64,000 nucleotides of DNA, from assembly GCF_006345805.1 (NCBI RefSeq), contig NC_043018.1, forward strand, positions 27,094,001 to 27,158,000. The letters are read 5' to 3'. Positions 11,648 to 23,847 of this stretch are shown piece after piece. A program made the translations under genes and the position numbers. Each line of letters starts with the position of its first letter. Positions within the stretch are counted from its first letter, which is position 1. This DNA comes from Octopus sinensis. Taxonomy: Eukaryota. The notes below the pieces were generated by a model. The model was not told the origin of the DNA. It saw only the letters and a program-made list of their open reading frames with translations, and ran no database searches.

Positions 11648-11826
11648 TCAATAGCTTGGGCTTCAGAGGTCCACAGCTCTTCAATATCCTCCGGAAGGAA
11701 CTGAGAGACCTGCATGAGGTGGATGTTGATGTCTTCAAAATAAAGCTGGACCTCCTTTTGTCAGGTGTCCCAGATGAACCAACTTCACGGCAGGAGGTGC
11801 AGATGAGGGCAGCTGCATCAAACTCT
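11648..11826 (+). pseudogene. CR1/L2-group LINE ORF2 C-terminal fragment
   Basis: SLGFRGPQLFNILRKELRDLHEVDVDVFKIKLDLLLSGVPDEP...RAAASNS resembles the post-RT C-terminus. Confidence 0.7.
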
Positions 11827-11827
11827 G

Positions 11828-12080
11828 GTGCTTTTTATGTGCCACCTGCACAGGAGCCAGTCCAGTGGCACTGGCAATGACCTCGCTCGAATATTTCACA
11901 CGCCACCAGCACAAGTGCTAGTAAGGCGACGCGGTAACGATCATGCTTGGATGGCGTGTTTAATGTGCCATCGGCACAAAGGCCAGCTTGTTGCTCTGGC
12001 AACCATCTCACTCGTATGGTACTCTTAGCGCTCCACTAGCAACGGATGCCAGTCACCAAGTTTGATTTTGACTTCGATTT
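11828..12080 (-). mobile_element. RTE 3' UTR repeat fragment
   Basis: GGTGCTTTTTATGTGCCACC units ending GATTTTGACTTCGATTTCGAT. Confidence 0.75.
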
Positions 12081-12186
12081 CGATCTCATATATTTTTTAA
12101 ATAATTAAATTCTAATTAATACATTTTCAATTTCATTACTTCTGTTTCTCCACTTGTTTGGATTACTGACAATTTATATATATTTA

Positions 12187-12505
12187 CTTTTTTACTTGTT
12201 TCAGTCATTTGACTGCAGCTATGCTGGAGCACCACCTTTAGTCAAACTAATCGAGCCCAGGACTTATTCTTTGTAAACCTAATACTTATTCTATTACCGA
12301 ACCGCTAAGTTACAGGGATGAAAACATACCATCATCAGTTGTTAATGGTGGGAGACCAAACACAGACACAGACACACACACACATATACATAAACAGGCT
12401 TCTTTCAGTTTCCATCAACCAAATCCACTCACAAGGCTTTGGTCGGCTTGAGGCTATAGTAGAAGGCACTTGCCCAAGGTGCCATGCAGTGGTACTGAAC
12501 CTGTG
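12187..12505 (-). mobile_element. SINE family A
   Basis: Tail and body match the consensus seen at 15875. Confidence 0.85.
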
Positions 12506-12509
12506 GTAA

Positions 12510-12740
12510 GGCGGTGAGCTGGCAGAAACGTTAGCACGCGGGCGAAATGTGTAGCTGTATTTCGTCTGCTATTGCATTCTGATTTCAAATTCTGCCGAGG
12601 TCGACTATGCCTTTCATCCTTTCGGGGTCGATAAATTAAGTACCAGTTATGAATTGAGGTTGATATAATCGACTTAATCCGTTTGCCTGTCCTTGTTTGT
12701 CCTCTCTGTGTTTAGCCCCTTGTGGGTAGTAAAGAAATAA
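12510..12740 (+). mobile_element. SINE family B
   Basis: GGCGGTGAGCTGGCAGAAACG...GGGTAGTAAAGAAAT. Confidence 0.9.
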
Positions 12741-12999
12741 GTATTGAACCGCTCCTGCACTATACTATGCTATAAATATGTATGTATTTATATATGCTAG
12801 TGTTTCTTAACTGGCATCTATGCACATTACAAATATAATCTGTAAGTGGAACAGTAAAAATATTGAAGACTTTACTCAAGTGCAAAAAGTGAATTTGTTT
12901 TTGTTAACTACATCCCAAAATTGGAACTTTGTATCTTTGTTAGAAACTAGGTTACAGGAAGTCTGCAAATAATTGAAAACAAAAGAGGGTGTTCACATA

Positions 13000-13590
13000 T
13001 AGATACATACACACTCATATATACATACATATATTCCTACTTACATACACACGCATGCTTAGATACATTCCTACATACAGACATACAAATATATATATAC
13101 GTAGATGAAGAAGCATACATGCACACGCTATACATACATTCCTACTTACATACATACAGAAACCTAAAGATACATACATTCATACATACATACACACACA
13201 CCATACATACATACAGAAACATATATGCACATACTATTTATGCATTCCTACTTACATATATACAGAAACATAAAGACACATACATACATATATACACACA
13301 CCATACATACATGCATGCATACATACATACATACACACATGCATACATACATAAACATGCATGCACACATACATACATAAAGAAACATACATTCCTACTT
13401 ACATATATACAGAAACATAAAGAAACATAGATACATACACACACCATACATACATACATACATACATGCATGCATACATACATAAATACATACATGCACA
13501 TACTATACATACATTCCTACTTACATACCTACATACATACACACACACACCATACATACATGCACACACATATACATACATACATGCATA
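13000..13590. repeat. (CATA/CA)n cryptic repeat with higher-order units
   Basis: ATTCCTACTTACAT recurs about five times at roughly 100-150 bp spacing. Confidence 0.85.
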
Positions 13591-13900
13591 CATAAAGTTT
13601 AATCAATACAAGAAAAAAAACTTAAGTCAACAATACACATCAGAGAGCGGCAAAGCACAGAAAGAGAAAGAAAGAGCTCCACCGCCCCCGCTCTCTTCCT
13701 CGTTTACTCTCCGTCTCAGTCATTATTTAAACAAGAAAAGCAAAATGCAGTCGTAAAGTAGAACAAAGCTTATCGAACAGTGCAAAGCAAATAACTCAAA
13801 GAAAAGCATTTTACATTAGACAACAAGGCATCGTCTTTGAGCACAAACGATCTGCTAGAAATAGCAGCTAAGTTATCATTTTTATTTAAAAAAGAAAAAT

Positions 13901-15813
13901 CGGTTAATATAGGGCGTTACGATTATCAGAAAATCAAAAAAAAAATGTGTGTAATAGGTGTAAAACAACTTCCTATGAACGAATATGAAAAAAAAAATTC
14001 GCGCACGCGAAAGGGGGGTGGGGGAGAGGCCTCGGAAAATTCACATCGGGAAGTTCCGAAAGCGTCTGAGGAGCTGACCCGGGCACCAAAACAAAAAAAA
14101 AATAGTGTAATATGTGTAAAACAACTTGCTCTAAACGAATATGACAAAAAAATGCGCTCTCGCGAAAGAGGGGTGGGGGAGAGGCCTCGGAAAATTTATA
14201 TCGGGAATTTCCGAAAGCGTCTGAACCGGGCACAAAAACAAAAACAAAAACAGCGTAATAGGTGTAAAACAACTTGCTCTAAACGACTATCATGAAAAAA
14301 ATGCGCGCTCGCGAAAGGGGGGTGGGGGAGAGGCTTCGGAAATTTCACATCTTCAGTCCACGGCCTTTAAACTAAGAAAAAATAGTGTAATTGGTGTAAA
14401 ACTACTTGTTCTAAACGAGTATCAAGAACACACACTCACACATGAATCATAAAATCATATTTCGCAAAAAAAAAAAATAAAGAGAAGAAATTCTGGAAAA
14501 AGTGAAGAAATGTTGGATCTCATTCCTTGGTTAAAGCTATTTTAAACATTAAATTTATGCTTTTCTTTGAAATAGTTCAGATATATGCAATTCTTCCCAC
14601 TTATTAAGATGCATTTATCAGAAAAAAAGAGACAGAAAAAATTATTATTTTGTGTCAATCCTTCTCTAATTATCCTTTATTAATTAGTTTTGGCGTGTAT
14701 TTTTTTCCCAAATTTATTTTTTCACCTTTACAACACTGTTTAGTAAAGCAATTAATTATCTTTATAATTTGCATATTTGACTTATTAATCAAAATTCTCT
14801 AGATGTAATATATACTAAGTAATGCATCCTTCATTTATGTGTTCCGTTCTGTATTATGCATGCGTGACTGTTTGTATGTAAGTGTGTTTAACTGTGCACA
14901 TGAATGTGAATATTAAAGAACATATTTATTTACTATGATTGTTATTTTCAGAACAAATAAATCTTTTGTCTGTTATTATTATTGCTAGTTAAAGGGTGGT
15001 GACTTGGCTGAATATTTTGAGTCTTGTAGTATGTAGTTGTGTTAGTCAATATTCTGAGTTCAAATCCAACTCATTTCTTTATCATCATTATCGATGGACC
15101 ACTCAAAGAGGTATGTATACATTATCATTTTCGTAACATAATTTCTGTAGTATTTCAAGATGTTTCTGACACGTATTTTGATTCACATGGCGGAGATCCA
15201 ACATTTCTTCACTTTTTCCAGAATTTCTTCTCTTTATTTTTTTTTTTGCGAAATATGATTTTATGATTCATGTGTGAGTGTGTGTTCTTGATACTCGTTT
15301 AGAACAAGTAGTTTTACACCAATTACACTATTTTTTCTTAGTTTAAAGGCCGTGGACTGAAGATGTGAAATTTCCGAAGCCTCTCCCCCACCCCCCTTTC
15401 GCGAGCGCGCATTTTTTTCATGATAGTCGTTTAGAGCAAGTTGTTTTACACCTATTACGCTGTTTTTGTTTTTGTTTTTGTGCCCGGTTCAGACGCTTTC
15501 GGAAATTCCCGATATAAATTTTCCGAGGCCTCTCCCCCACCCCTCTTTCGCGAGAGCGCATTTTTTTTGTCATATTCGTTTAGAGCAAGTTGTTTTACAC
15601 ATATTACACTATTTTTTTTTTGTTTTGGTGCCCGGGTCAGCTCCTCAGACGCTTTCGGAACTTCCCGATGTGAATTTTCCGAGGCCTCTCCCCCACCCCC
15701 CTTTCGCGTGCGCGAATTTTTTTTTTCATATTCGTTCATAGGAAGTTGTTTTACACCTATTACACACATTTTTTTTTTGATTTTCTGATATTTGTTACGC
15801 CCTATATTAACCG
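13901..15813. mobile_element. Foldback-type element: about 620-bp TIRs, 673-bp spacer, 6-bp TSD
   Basis: 13901-14520 is near-perfectly inverted at 15194-15813; AAAAAT flanks both ends (13895-13900, 15814-15819); each arm has three GC-rich subrepeats. Confidence 0.9.
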
Positions 15814-15874
15814 AAAAATCTAATACCCGAGACTGTATGAGACTAGGCTTCTCAAACTGGGATACTCATAGGTG

Positions 15875-16260
15875 CAGGAGTGGCTGTGTGGTAAGTAGCT
15901 TGTTTACCAACCACATGGTTCCGGGTTCAGTCCCACTGCGTGGCACCTTGGGCAAGTGTCTTCTACTATAGCCTCGGGCCGACCAAAGCCTTGTGAATAG
16001 ATTTGGTAGACGGAAACTGAAAGAAGCCCGTCGTATATGTATATATGTATGTGTTTGTGTGTCTGTGTTTGTCCCCCTAGCATTGCTTGACAACCGATGC
16101 TGGTGTGTTTATGTCCCCGTTACTTAGCGGTTTGGCAAAAGAGACTGATAGAATAAGTACTGGGCTTACAAAAGAATAAGTCGAGTTGCTCGACTAAAGG
16201 CGGTGCTCCAGCATGGCCACAGTAAAATGACTGAAACAAGTAAAAGAGAAAAAGAGAGAG
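15875..16260 (+). mobile_element. SINE family A, full length (reference copy)
   Basis: tRNA-like head GGAGTGGCTGTGTGGTAAGTAGC...GGTTCAGTCCC, CORE-like CCTTGGGCAAGTG, internal TA/TG tract, tail GAAACAAGTAAAAGAG. Confidence 0.95.
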
Positions 16261-16574
16261 AATATAGCTCTAGAAGTACATACGTGGCTGGATTAAGGCC
16301 CATGGAGGCCCTAAGCTCTTGAAAGATTTTGGTGTCCTTACGTATATTTTTTAGCCTTTCAATAGCTTAATACTGACAGCAGGGATCACATACCCTTCCT
16401 GAAGATTGCATTTCCTCATTAGCAGAGACAGGAGATCCTTGGGTGAGGCAGAATTTGCATGGATCCAATGAATCAGTTTCTTGAAGTTTGCATCCCATAT
16501 ACCAACCTTCCACAATTCAAGGCTGGGATTTTTTATCATTGGGGTTTGCTCCTCTGTGTATGTGTGTGTGTATG

Positions 16575-16620
<46 letters not shown>

Positions 16621-16623
<3 letters not shown>

Positions 16624-17137
16624 TAGAGTAAGAATAGCCTGGGCAAAGTTTAGAGAGCTCTTACACCTGCTGGTGACAAAAGGCCTCTCGCTCAGAGTAA
16701 AAGGCAAACTGTATGATGCATGTGTACGTACAGCCATGCTACATGGTAGTGAAACATGGGCTGTGACTGCTGAGGATATGCGTAAGCTCGCAAGAAATGA
16801 AGCCAGTATGCTCCGATGGATGTGTAATGTCAGTGTTCAAAATCGACAGAGTGTAAGTACCTTGAGAGAAAAGTTGAACCTAAGAAGCATCAGTTGTGGT
16901 GTGCAAGAGAGACGTCTGCGCTGGTATGGGCATGTGACGAGAATGGGTGAAGATAGTTGTGTGCAAAAGTGCTACACTCTAGCAGTTGAGGGAACCTGTG
17001 GAAGAGGTAGACCCAGGAAAACCTGGGACGAGGTGGTGAAGCACAACCTTCGAACTTTAGGTCTTACCAAGGAAATGACTAGAGACCGAGACCTATGGAA
17101 GTATGCTGTGCGTGAGAAGACCCGGCAAGACCAGTGA
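16621..17137 (+). pseudogene. RTE ORF2 C-terminal region
   Basis: ARVRIAWAKFRELL...AMLHGSETWAV...RRLRWYGHVTRM...GRGRPRKTW; uninterrupted but lacks the 5' part. Confidence 0.95.
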
Positions 17138-17199
17138 GAACAGTCAAAATCAAACCAAATCAACATCAGTGGAAATTGCAGCTGTGGTTAAGCGAACCA

Positions 17200-17680
17200 T
17201 CCGATCGTTTGTCCGTTGCCAGCCTCGCCTGGCCCCTGTGCCGTTGGCACATAAAAGCACCATCCGCTCGTGTCCGTTGCCAGCCTCGCCTGGCCCTTGT
17301 GATGGTAGCACGTAAAAACACCATCCGTTCGTGTCCATTGCCAGCCTCGCCTGGCCCCCGTGCCGGTAGCACGTAAAACCACCATCCGGTCGTGTCCATT
17401 GCCAGCCTCGCCTGGCCCCCGTGCCGGTAGCACGTAAAAGCACCATCCGTTCGTGTCTGTTGCCAGCCTTGCCTGGCCCCCGTGCCGTTTGCACGTAAAA
17501 GCACCATCCGCTCGTGTCCATTGCCAGCCTCGCCTGGCCCCCGTGCCGGTGGCACGTAAAAACACCATCCGTTCGTGTCCGTCGCCAGCCTCGCCTGGCC
17601 CCCGTGCCGGTGGCACGTAAAAACACCATCCGTTCATGGCTGTTTGCCAGCTCTGTCTGGCACCTAAAAAGCACCCACTA
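17200..17680 (+). repeat. 61-bp minisatellite in the RTE 3' UTR (7 full units plus partials)
   Basis: GCCT(C/T)GCCTGGCCC at 17222, 17283, 17344, 17405, 17466, 17527 and 17588. Confidence 0.95.
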
Positions 17681-17949
17681 CACTCACGGAGTGGTTGGTG
17701 TTAGGAAGGGCATCCAGCAGTAGAAACACTGCCAAATCTGACTGGGCCTGATGAAGCCTTCCGGCTTCACAGACCCCAGTTAAACCGTCCAACCCATGCT
17801 AGCATGGAAAACGGACGCTAAATGATGATGATGATGATGATGATATAATATATATATATTATAGGGAGAGTTTACGTAAAAAACAAAAGACGAAGACAGG
17901 TGGTGTACAAAACAGATGTATTAGTATTACGCTCAGAAATAGGAAAAGT

Positions 17950-17985
17950 CTTTTACGTTTTGAGCCTATGCTCTTCTACAGAAAG
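17950..17985 (-). ncRNA. Decayed minimal hammerhead-like motif (short family)
   Basis: Minus: cttt-CTGTAGAA-GAGC(ATAG)GCTC-AAAAC-GTA-aaag. Confidence 0.45.
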
Positions 17986-18404
17986 GGACACAGAAAAAAG
18001 GAGAGAAAAAAATGTGTGTAATGGCTAAGGGAGTATAACTCCAAACTCACCGGGAAAAATTCAATTTAGTATTAAATCAAATTTCCCAATATAGCTATAT
18101 AAAATATAAATTAGAGAAAAAACCATAATAGTGGGTTTTTTTCTCTAATTTATATATATATATATATATATATTAATCAATGAAATTCCAACAAAGTCTG
18201 ATTTTAATGTTTTATTATTTGCAATTTTTACAATTTTACAATCTTGAAATAGACCAGTACTTTCATTTTCATGCATCATGTGTGGACAAGATATCTCAAG
18301 AACCACTGGATAGATTCGGATGAATCTTTCAGGGATGTTTGGCCTCATTACTGGCACAAACTGACTAGATTGTGGGATCAAGGATTCTGGATTATTTTTA
18401 CTTT

Positions 18405-18935
18405 AAGTTAAGTTAAGTTAATTTTTTGGCTCAAAAAGCAAAAAGCAAGGCCATGTAGGAGGACATGCAGTTATGTACAGGGTGGTGTTCATGCAAAGAG
18501 TTCAGGCCATTTCTGATCAAGAGAGACTTTGAACCGAGTGGTCGTCGGCAACTTCACTATCTCGTCCGGCAGCTTATTCCACGGATCCGCAACCCGGACG
18601 GAGAAAGCCCCTCTCCTTCGATTGAGATGAAATCGTCGCAGATAGAGCTTTTCGGAGTGATCCTGCAGCCGATGCTCTGGAGCAGGAATGAAGAACAGCT
18701 CTTCCGAGAGGTTACACTTCCTGCTTATGATGTTGTGAGCAAGAATGAGATCACTACGGCGTCGTCGTTTTTCTAGAGAATAAAGGTCGAGCGTCTTCAG
18801 CCTTTCTTCATAAGACAAATGCTTGAGACCAAGAACCATGTGGGTAGCCAGCTTCTGGACTCTTTTGAGATGATGTATGTCTTTGAGGAGATAAGGAAAA
18901 GAGGCTTGAATCCCGTACTCCAATATGAATCCCAT
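18405..18935 (-). mobile_element. CR1-type LINE 3' end with ORF2 C-terminus
   Basis: ILEYGIQASFPYL...LKRVQKLAT...LSYEERLKTLDLYSLEKRR...FSVRVADPWNKLP; (TTAAC)n tail. Confidence 0.9.
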
Positions 18936-19861
18936 ACTTTACATGCACATGTAAAGTTTTACATCGTTTTCTTGTACATGCACACACATATACTCACACA
19001 TTTTCAGCATTGAACATTTTCATCCCATTTCCATTGTACACACACACACAAACATACCTTTCTTTTATGCACACATATACTCACACTTCAAACACTGTTT
19101 ATCGGCTTTTTCACCCCTTCCTTTTTCATTCATATGATGCTCTATTTACCACTTTGGTCTTTCTCATTGTCATTACTTTCTCTCACTCCCTCCCAATCAT
19201 GGCTATTACTCTCACTACTTCTCCTTCACTGTATTAGTATTTCATCTCCTCTCCCTTCACCTCTCACTCAATATGCATATATTTGGAATATTTTTCTGTT
19301 TGAGAGCGGTTGGGTTCATTTTTAGTGTTCCCATTTGTGAAAGCAGTCCATTTTATTTCAGATATTATCATTTTAAAAATGATCTCTGGCTAATTGCTGA
19401 GAGGACATTGGTTGTTGCCTTGGTGGCGGTTTGCACTCAAGCGGACGTTAAACGATGATGATGATGATGATGATGATGATCAAAGTTCTTTTCAAAATCG
19501 TAATTAGATACATCCTGTTCAAAGTCTATCATAAGTCATATTTATTGCAGTTTTTATTTACAAATTCTTTTTTTTTCAAATTCACTATTACAAAATCTGA
19601 AGCAAATATCTAGTTTAAAAAAAAATGGTAAAATTTAATAACTCAATAAGTCCTAAAACATTCTATTATAAGTCAACAATCTTAACAAGCATTATGGGTA
19701 AATATTTAATTAAAATGCTTGAACGCTTTCATTTTGGAGCACACATATGGTGGGTGACTGCTCCTTGCAGAGTTTGACCCCTTGTTGTATCTATAATTGC
19801 TCATTTCGAGCGTGAGATCCTTAAATGACTTTGGAGCCTTGAAAGGCATTTGAAGAGCTTT

Positions 19862-20245
19862 TTTACTCTTTTACTTGTTTCAGTCATTTGACTGTGGCCA
19901 TGCTGGAGCACCACCTTTAGTCGAGCAAATCAACCCCAGGACTTATTCTTTGTAAGTCTAGTACTTATTCAATCGGTCTCTTTTGCTGAACTGCTAAGTT
20001 ACAGGGACATAAACACACCAGCATCAGTTGTCAAGCAATGTTGGGGTAACAAACACAAGCACATACATATATATATATATACGATGGGCTTCTTTCAGTT
20101 TCCGTCTACCAAATCCACTCACAAGGCTTTGGTTGGCCCAAGGCTATAGAAGACACTTGCCCAAGGTGCCATGCAGTGGGAATGAACCCGGAACCATGCG
20201 GTTGGTAAGCAAGCTATTTGCCACACAGCCACTCCTGTGCCTATA
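19862..20245 (-). mobile_element. SINE family A, full length
   Basis: Matches the reverse of 15875-16260. Confidence 0.9.
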
Positions 20246-20319
20246 GATATTTACCACACAGCCACTCCTGCGCCAATATATATATATATAAAAATAATAA
20301 ATGCATCCTTTTAAAGCCT

Positions 20320-20510
20320 AGCCAGGCTCATGGGCCCTATTTCCCGGTTTCAATGGAGTATCTGTTCCCCAGCTGGATGGGACGCCAGTCCATCACAGCG
20401 TTTCTCATTTCTGCCAACTGAGTGGACTGGAGCAATGTGAAATGAAGTGTTTTGCTCAAGAACACAACACGTCACCCGGTCCAGGAATCGAAACCACAAT
20501 CTTACAATCA
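20320..20510 (-). mobile_element. tRNA-derived SINE family D
   Basis: Reverse of GGTTTCGATTCCTGGACC...TTCTTGAGCAAAACACTTCATTTCAC...CCACTCAG; other copies at 37320, 38085 and 55395. Confidence 0.75.
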
Positions 20511-20512
20511 CC

Positions 20513-21278
20513 ACCTTTAGTTGAGCAACTCGACCCCGGGACTTATTCTTTGTAAGCACAGTACTTATTCTATTGGTCTCTTTTGCCGAACCGCTAAGTG
20601 ACGGGGACATAAACACACCAGCATCGTTTGTCAAGCAATGCTAGGGGGACAAACACACATATATATATATACATATATACGACGGGCTTCTTTCAGTTTC
20701 CGTCTACCAAATCTGCTCACAAGGCATTGGTTGGCCCAAGGCAATAGTAGAAGACACTTGTCTAAGGTGCCATGCAAAGGGACTGAACCCGGAACCATGT
20801 GGTTGGTAAGCAAGCTACATATATACGATGGGCTTCTTTCAGTTTCTGTCTACCAAATCCGCTCACAAGGCTTTGGTCGGCCTGAGGCTATAGTAGAAGA
20901 CACTTGCCCAAGGTGCCATGCAAAGGGACTGAACCTGGAACCATGTGGTTGGTAAGCAAGCTACATATATACGATGGGCTTCTTTCAGTTTCTGTCTACC
21001 AAATCCGCTCACAAGGCTTTGGTCGGCCTGAGGCTATAGTAGAAGACACTTGCCCAAAGTGCCATGCAAAGGGACTGAACCTGGAACCATGTGGTTGGTA
21101 AGCAAGCTACATATATACGATGGGCTTCTTTCAGTTTCTGTCTACCAAATCCACTCACAAGGCTTTGGTCGGCCCTAGGCTATAGTAGAAGACACTTGCC
21201 CAGGGTGTCACGCAATGGGACTGAACCTGGAACCATGTGGTTGGTAAGCAAGCTACTTATCACACAGCCACTCCTGCG
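20513..21278 (-). mobile_element. SINE family A with a 146-bp internal unit repeated four times
   Basis: CATATATACGATGGG junction at 20818, 20964 and 21110. Confidence 0.9.
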
Positions 21279-21745
21279 TTGGTCAAAATTTATTCTAAAT
21301 TGAAAGGGGAAAGAGATGCTTTTCACTGTAATCTCCTCACAGTCACAAATTAACCTTTCAAATAATTGTTTAGTTATGAGTCACTCAATTATGACATGGT
21401 TCATACAGTTGGTTTGTTTTCATTGATAATTATTTCATGCACTACTACTCACTGGAAGTAATTAAAACAAGACGGTGACACTTAAATTTAGAGAATTCTA
21501 TGCTCTGACGTACATTCACAATATGAATTAATAATGGTTCCAACAATTCATACAAGGTCAACAATTTTAAGAGAGGGATTAGCCAGTTATGTCGACTCCA
21601 GTGATCAACTGTTAGTTATTTTGAAAGGCAAAGTTGACCTTGGTGGAACTTAGAACATAAAGCTGGAAAGAATGCCACTAAACATCTTGTCTGACGTGCT
21701 ACCAATTCTACTGGCTGCCAACCTATGAATTTAGAAACAAAATTG

Positions 21746-21915
21746 GTGGAAACAAAACCCAGACTGAAAGGGTCTTAAAGTTAACTTGTCAAAGACCAAG
21801 GTCCTAGAAAGCAAGAAATTGGACAGAACCCTTCATCCTTCAGGTAAATAGTTCTACTTGCTCTATAGGAAGAGTCTAGGCAGAAGTTCTATCTGGTGTA
21901 CTTAGAGCAAGCTGG
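21746..21915 (+). pseudogene. Decayed RTE ORF2 fragment
   Basis: WKQNPD*KGLKVNLSKTKVL...PSGK*...GRSSIWCT, with in-frame stops. Confidence 0.7.
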
Positions 21916-21956
21916 ACATTTTTTTTAAACAACGAAAAAATAGAGTACACACACGC

Positions 21957-22420
21957 ATGAAGTCTGCTTAATAAGTATCCAGACTGTGGCCATAGTAACG
22001 AAGCTAAAGCATGCAGAGTGAATCCGCTTGGTAACGATTCATCTTGAACTCTGCTGTGCATGCGCACTAAGTTTTAATGTTCTAGCTCTGTTCTGCTGTT
22101 TACAGCAGTGCTTCGAAGGAAGGTGTGTAGCGTGTGATCATTACAGTGACCATGACAGAGAAAGCTGTCATGGTGATACCTGCTCAGAGGCCTACACAAA
22201 GTTGCAGAGAGTGTATGGAGAGGAGTGTTTGAACCGCACACAAGTATATGAGTGGTTCAGACAGATGTTTCCTAGATGGCCAAACAAATGTTGATATTGA
22301 CGACTGTTTTAGGAGACCTGCAACCAGCAGAAACATTGCAGATGTGCATGCAGCTGTCAGGGGATATTGTCGAATCACCATCCGTGAGTTATCAGAGGAT
22401 GTGCAGATTTGTTATCACTG
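21957..22420 (+). mobile_element. Mariner 5' fragment (TIR remnant plus N-terminal HTH)
   Basis: TIR-like GAAGTCTGCTTAATAAGTATCC; GDTCSEAYTKLQRVYGEECLNRTQVYEWFR. Confidence 0.8.
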
Positions 22421-22447
22421 AAGATATATATCTACACACATATATAC

Positions 22448-22496
<49 letters not shown>

Positions 22497-23009
22497 TCTG
22501 CATAATAACTTTATGTAGCATGCTTTACAAATCTCTTTCATAGATATTGGCTACCATATGCTTTTATATGGTATCCTGCTGTGATAAAAAGTTGACCACA
22601 TGCAAATGACTTCCTTTGAAGTAGAATGCTTACAAACACAAGAGATAAAGAATTCTTTCCAGTCTATATATTTCTGACATTATAATCTTAGGGAGTCTAT
22701 CTAACTTTCATAAAAGTTGAAAAATGTCTTTGTTAAAGAGTAGACTGAATAAATGGTTTGTTTATTTTGTATTTTATATTTTTAAGTTTTACTTTCACTA
22801 TCCCAGCATGGCCACAGTCAAATGATTAAAACAAGTAAAACAATACAAAAATAATTTATTTTGGTCAGTTTATCTATTTTATATTTTTAGTATTTTTTAT
22901 CATTTGTATCTCTTTGTATTTGCGTGCCGCTCTTTGTCAATGGAATACTAAAAGCAGAATGTCGGTTAAAAGAATGGGAAACTATTGGCTGATCTAGCAG
23001 TGCTCTTGT

Positions 23010-23132
23010 AACCACTCAACTGAAGATATGCATAACACAGGTATTGGTGGATCATACAAATGCTATAATGTGTATAATATGTGAAATTATCAGCTGAAGC
23101 TGATGCAGAGAAACAGTTGTAGTGATTTGGTT
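23010..23132 (+). ncRNA. Decayed type-I hammerhead motif with long stem II
   Basis: aaccactcaa-CTGAAGA-[83 nt, TGCA/TGCA stem plus ATCAGC-TGAA-GCTGAT hairpin]-GAAAC-AGTT-GTA-gtgatttggtt. Confidence 0.5.
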
Positions 23133-23203
23133 TCAAGCCTGTTCATTCCATATTCATGTATTATAACTTTCATTGTTCAGTGTCTTGGCCACAATATAAT
23201 TAT

Positions 23204-23414
23204 TTCTACTCTAGGCACAAGGCCTTGAAAATTTTAGGGGGAAGTGGGCTAGTCAGTTACATCAGCCCCAGTGTGTAATTGGTACTTAATTTATTGACAC
23301 TGAATGAATGAAAGGCAAAGTCGACCTCGGTGGAATTTGAACTCAGAACGTAGCGGAAGATGAAATACCGCTAAGCATTTCACCCGGCTTGCTAACAGTT
23401 CTGCTAGCTCGGTG
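23204..23414 (-). mobile_element. SINE family B (older variant)
   Basis: GAAAGGCAAAGTCGACCTCGGTGGAATTTGAACTCAG. Confidence 0.8.
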
Positions 23415-23649
23415 CCCTCTTTGCCACAATATAATGTCTCATTGGTAGATAATAAGTCGGCTTTTTTGGACAACTGCTTATGTGGGTGATATCTTCAGTA
23501 GACATACATTTGTGTATATGTTTAATTATTTTAATATAATCAGGATAAATATAACCTTATAGTGTGCTCTCCAAGCACCTCTTCAGGTTTTGGTTACCAA
23601 ATGCTTTTATGCAATGGGACTTCTATTACTGTGGAAATTTGCAAACAGC

Positions 23650-23847
23650 CGTTGCCAGTACCGGTGGCACGTAAAAGCACCCACTACACTTTCCAAGTGG
23701 TTGGCGTTAGGAAGGGCATCCAGCTGTAGAAACTCTGCCAGATCAAGATTGGAGCCTGGTGCAGCCATCTGGTTTGCCAGTCCTCAGTCAAATCGTCCAA
23801 CCCATGCTAGCATGGAAAGCGGACGTTAAATGATGATGATGATGATC
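23650..23847 (+). mobile_element. RTE 3' tail copy
   Basis: GGCACGTAAAAGCACCCACTACAC...GCGGACGTTAAA(TGA)n. Confidence 0.85.

Larger units (their letters stand above)
16621..17843 (+). mobile_element. RTE-clade LINE, 5'-truncated, with repeat-rich 3' UTR and (GAT)n tail
   Basis: Open ORF2 C-terminus, 61-bp tandem array, ending GGACGCTAAA(TGA)n. Confidence 0.95.

Noticed and set aside
15875-15950. tRNA-like sequences with A and B boxes (many places)
   Set aside because: They are SINE heads continuing into SINE bodies; no complete cloverleaf.
16394-16553. 53-codon open minus frame ending at a GG|GTATGT donor
   Set aside because: The acceptor lies in a CA repeat without a pyrimidine tract; the peptide is unrecognised; this length is expected by chance.
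17150-17674. 61-bp tandem array as a possible CRISPR or repeat protein
   Set aside because: No unique spacers, eukaryotic context, and it lies in the 3' UTR of an RTE LINE.
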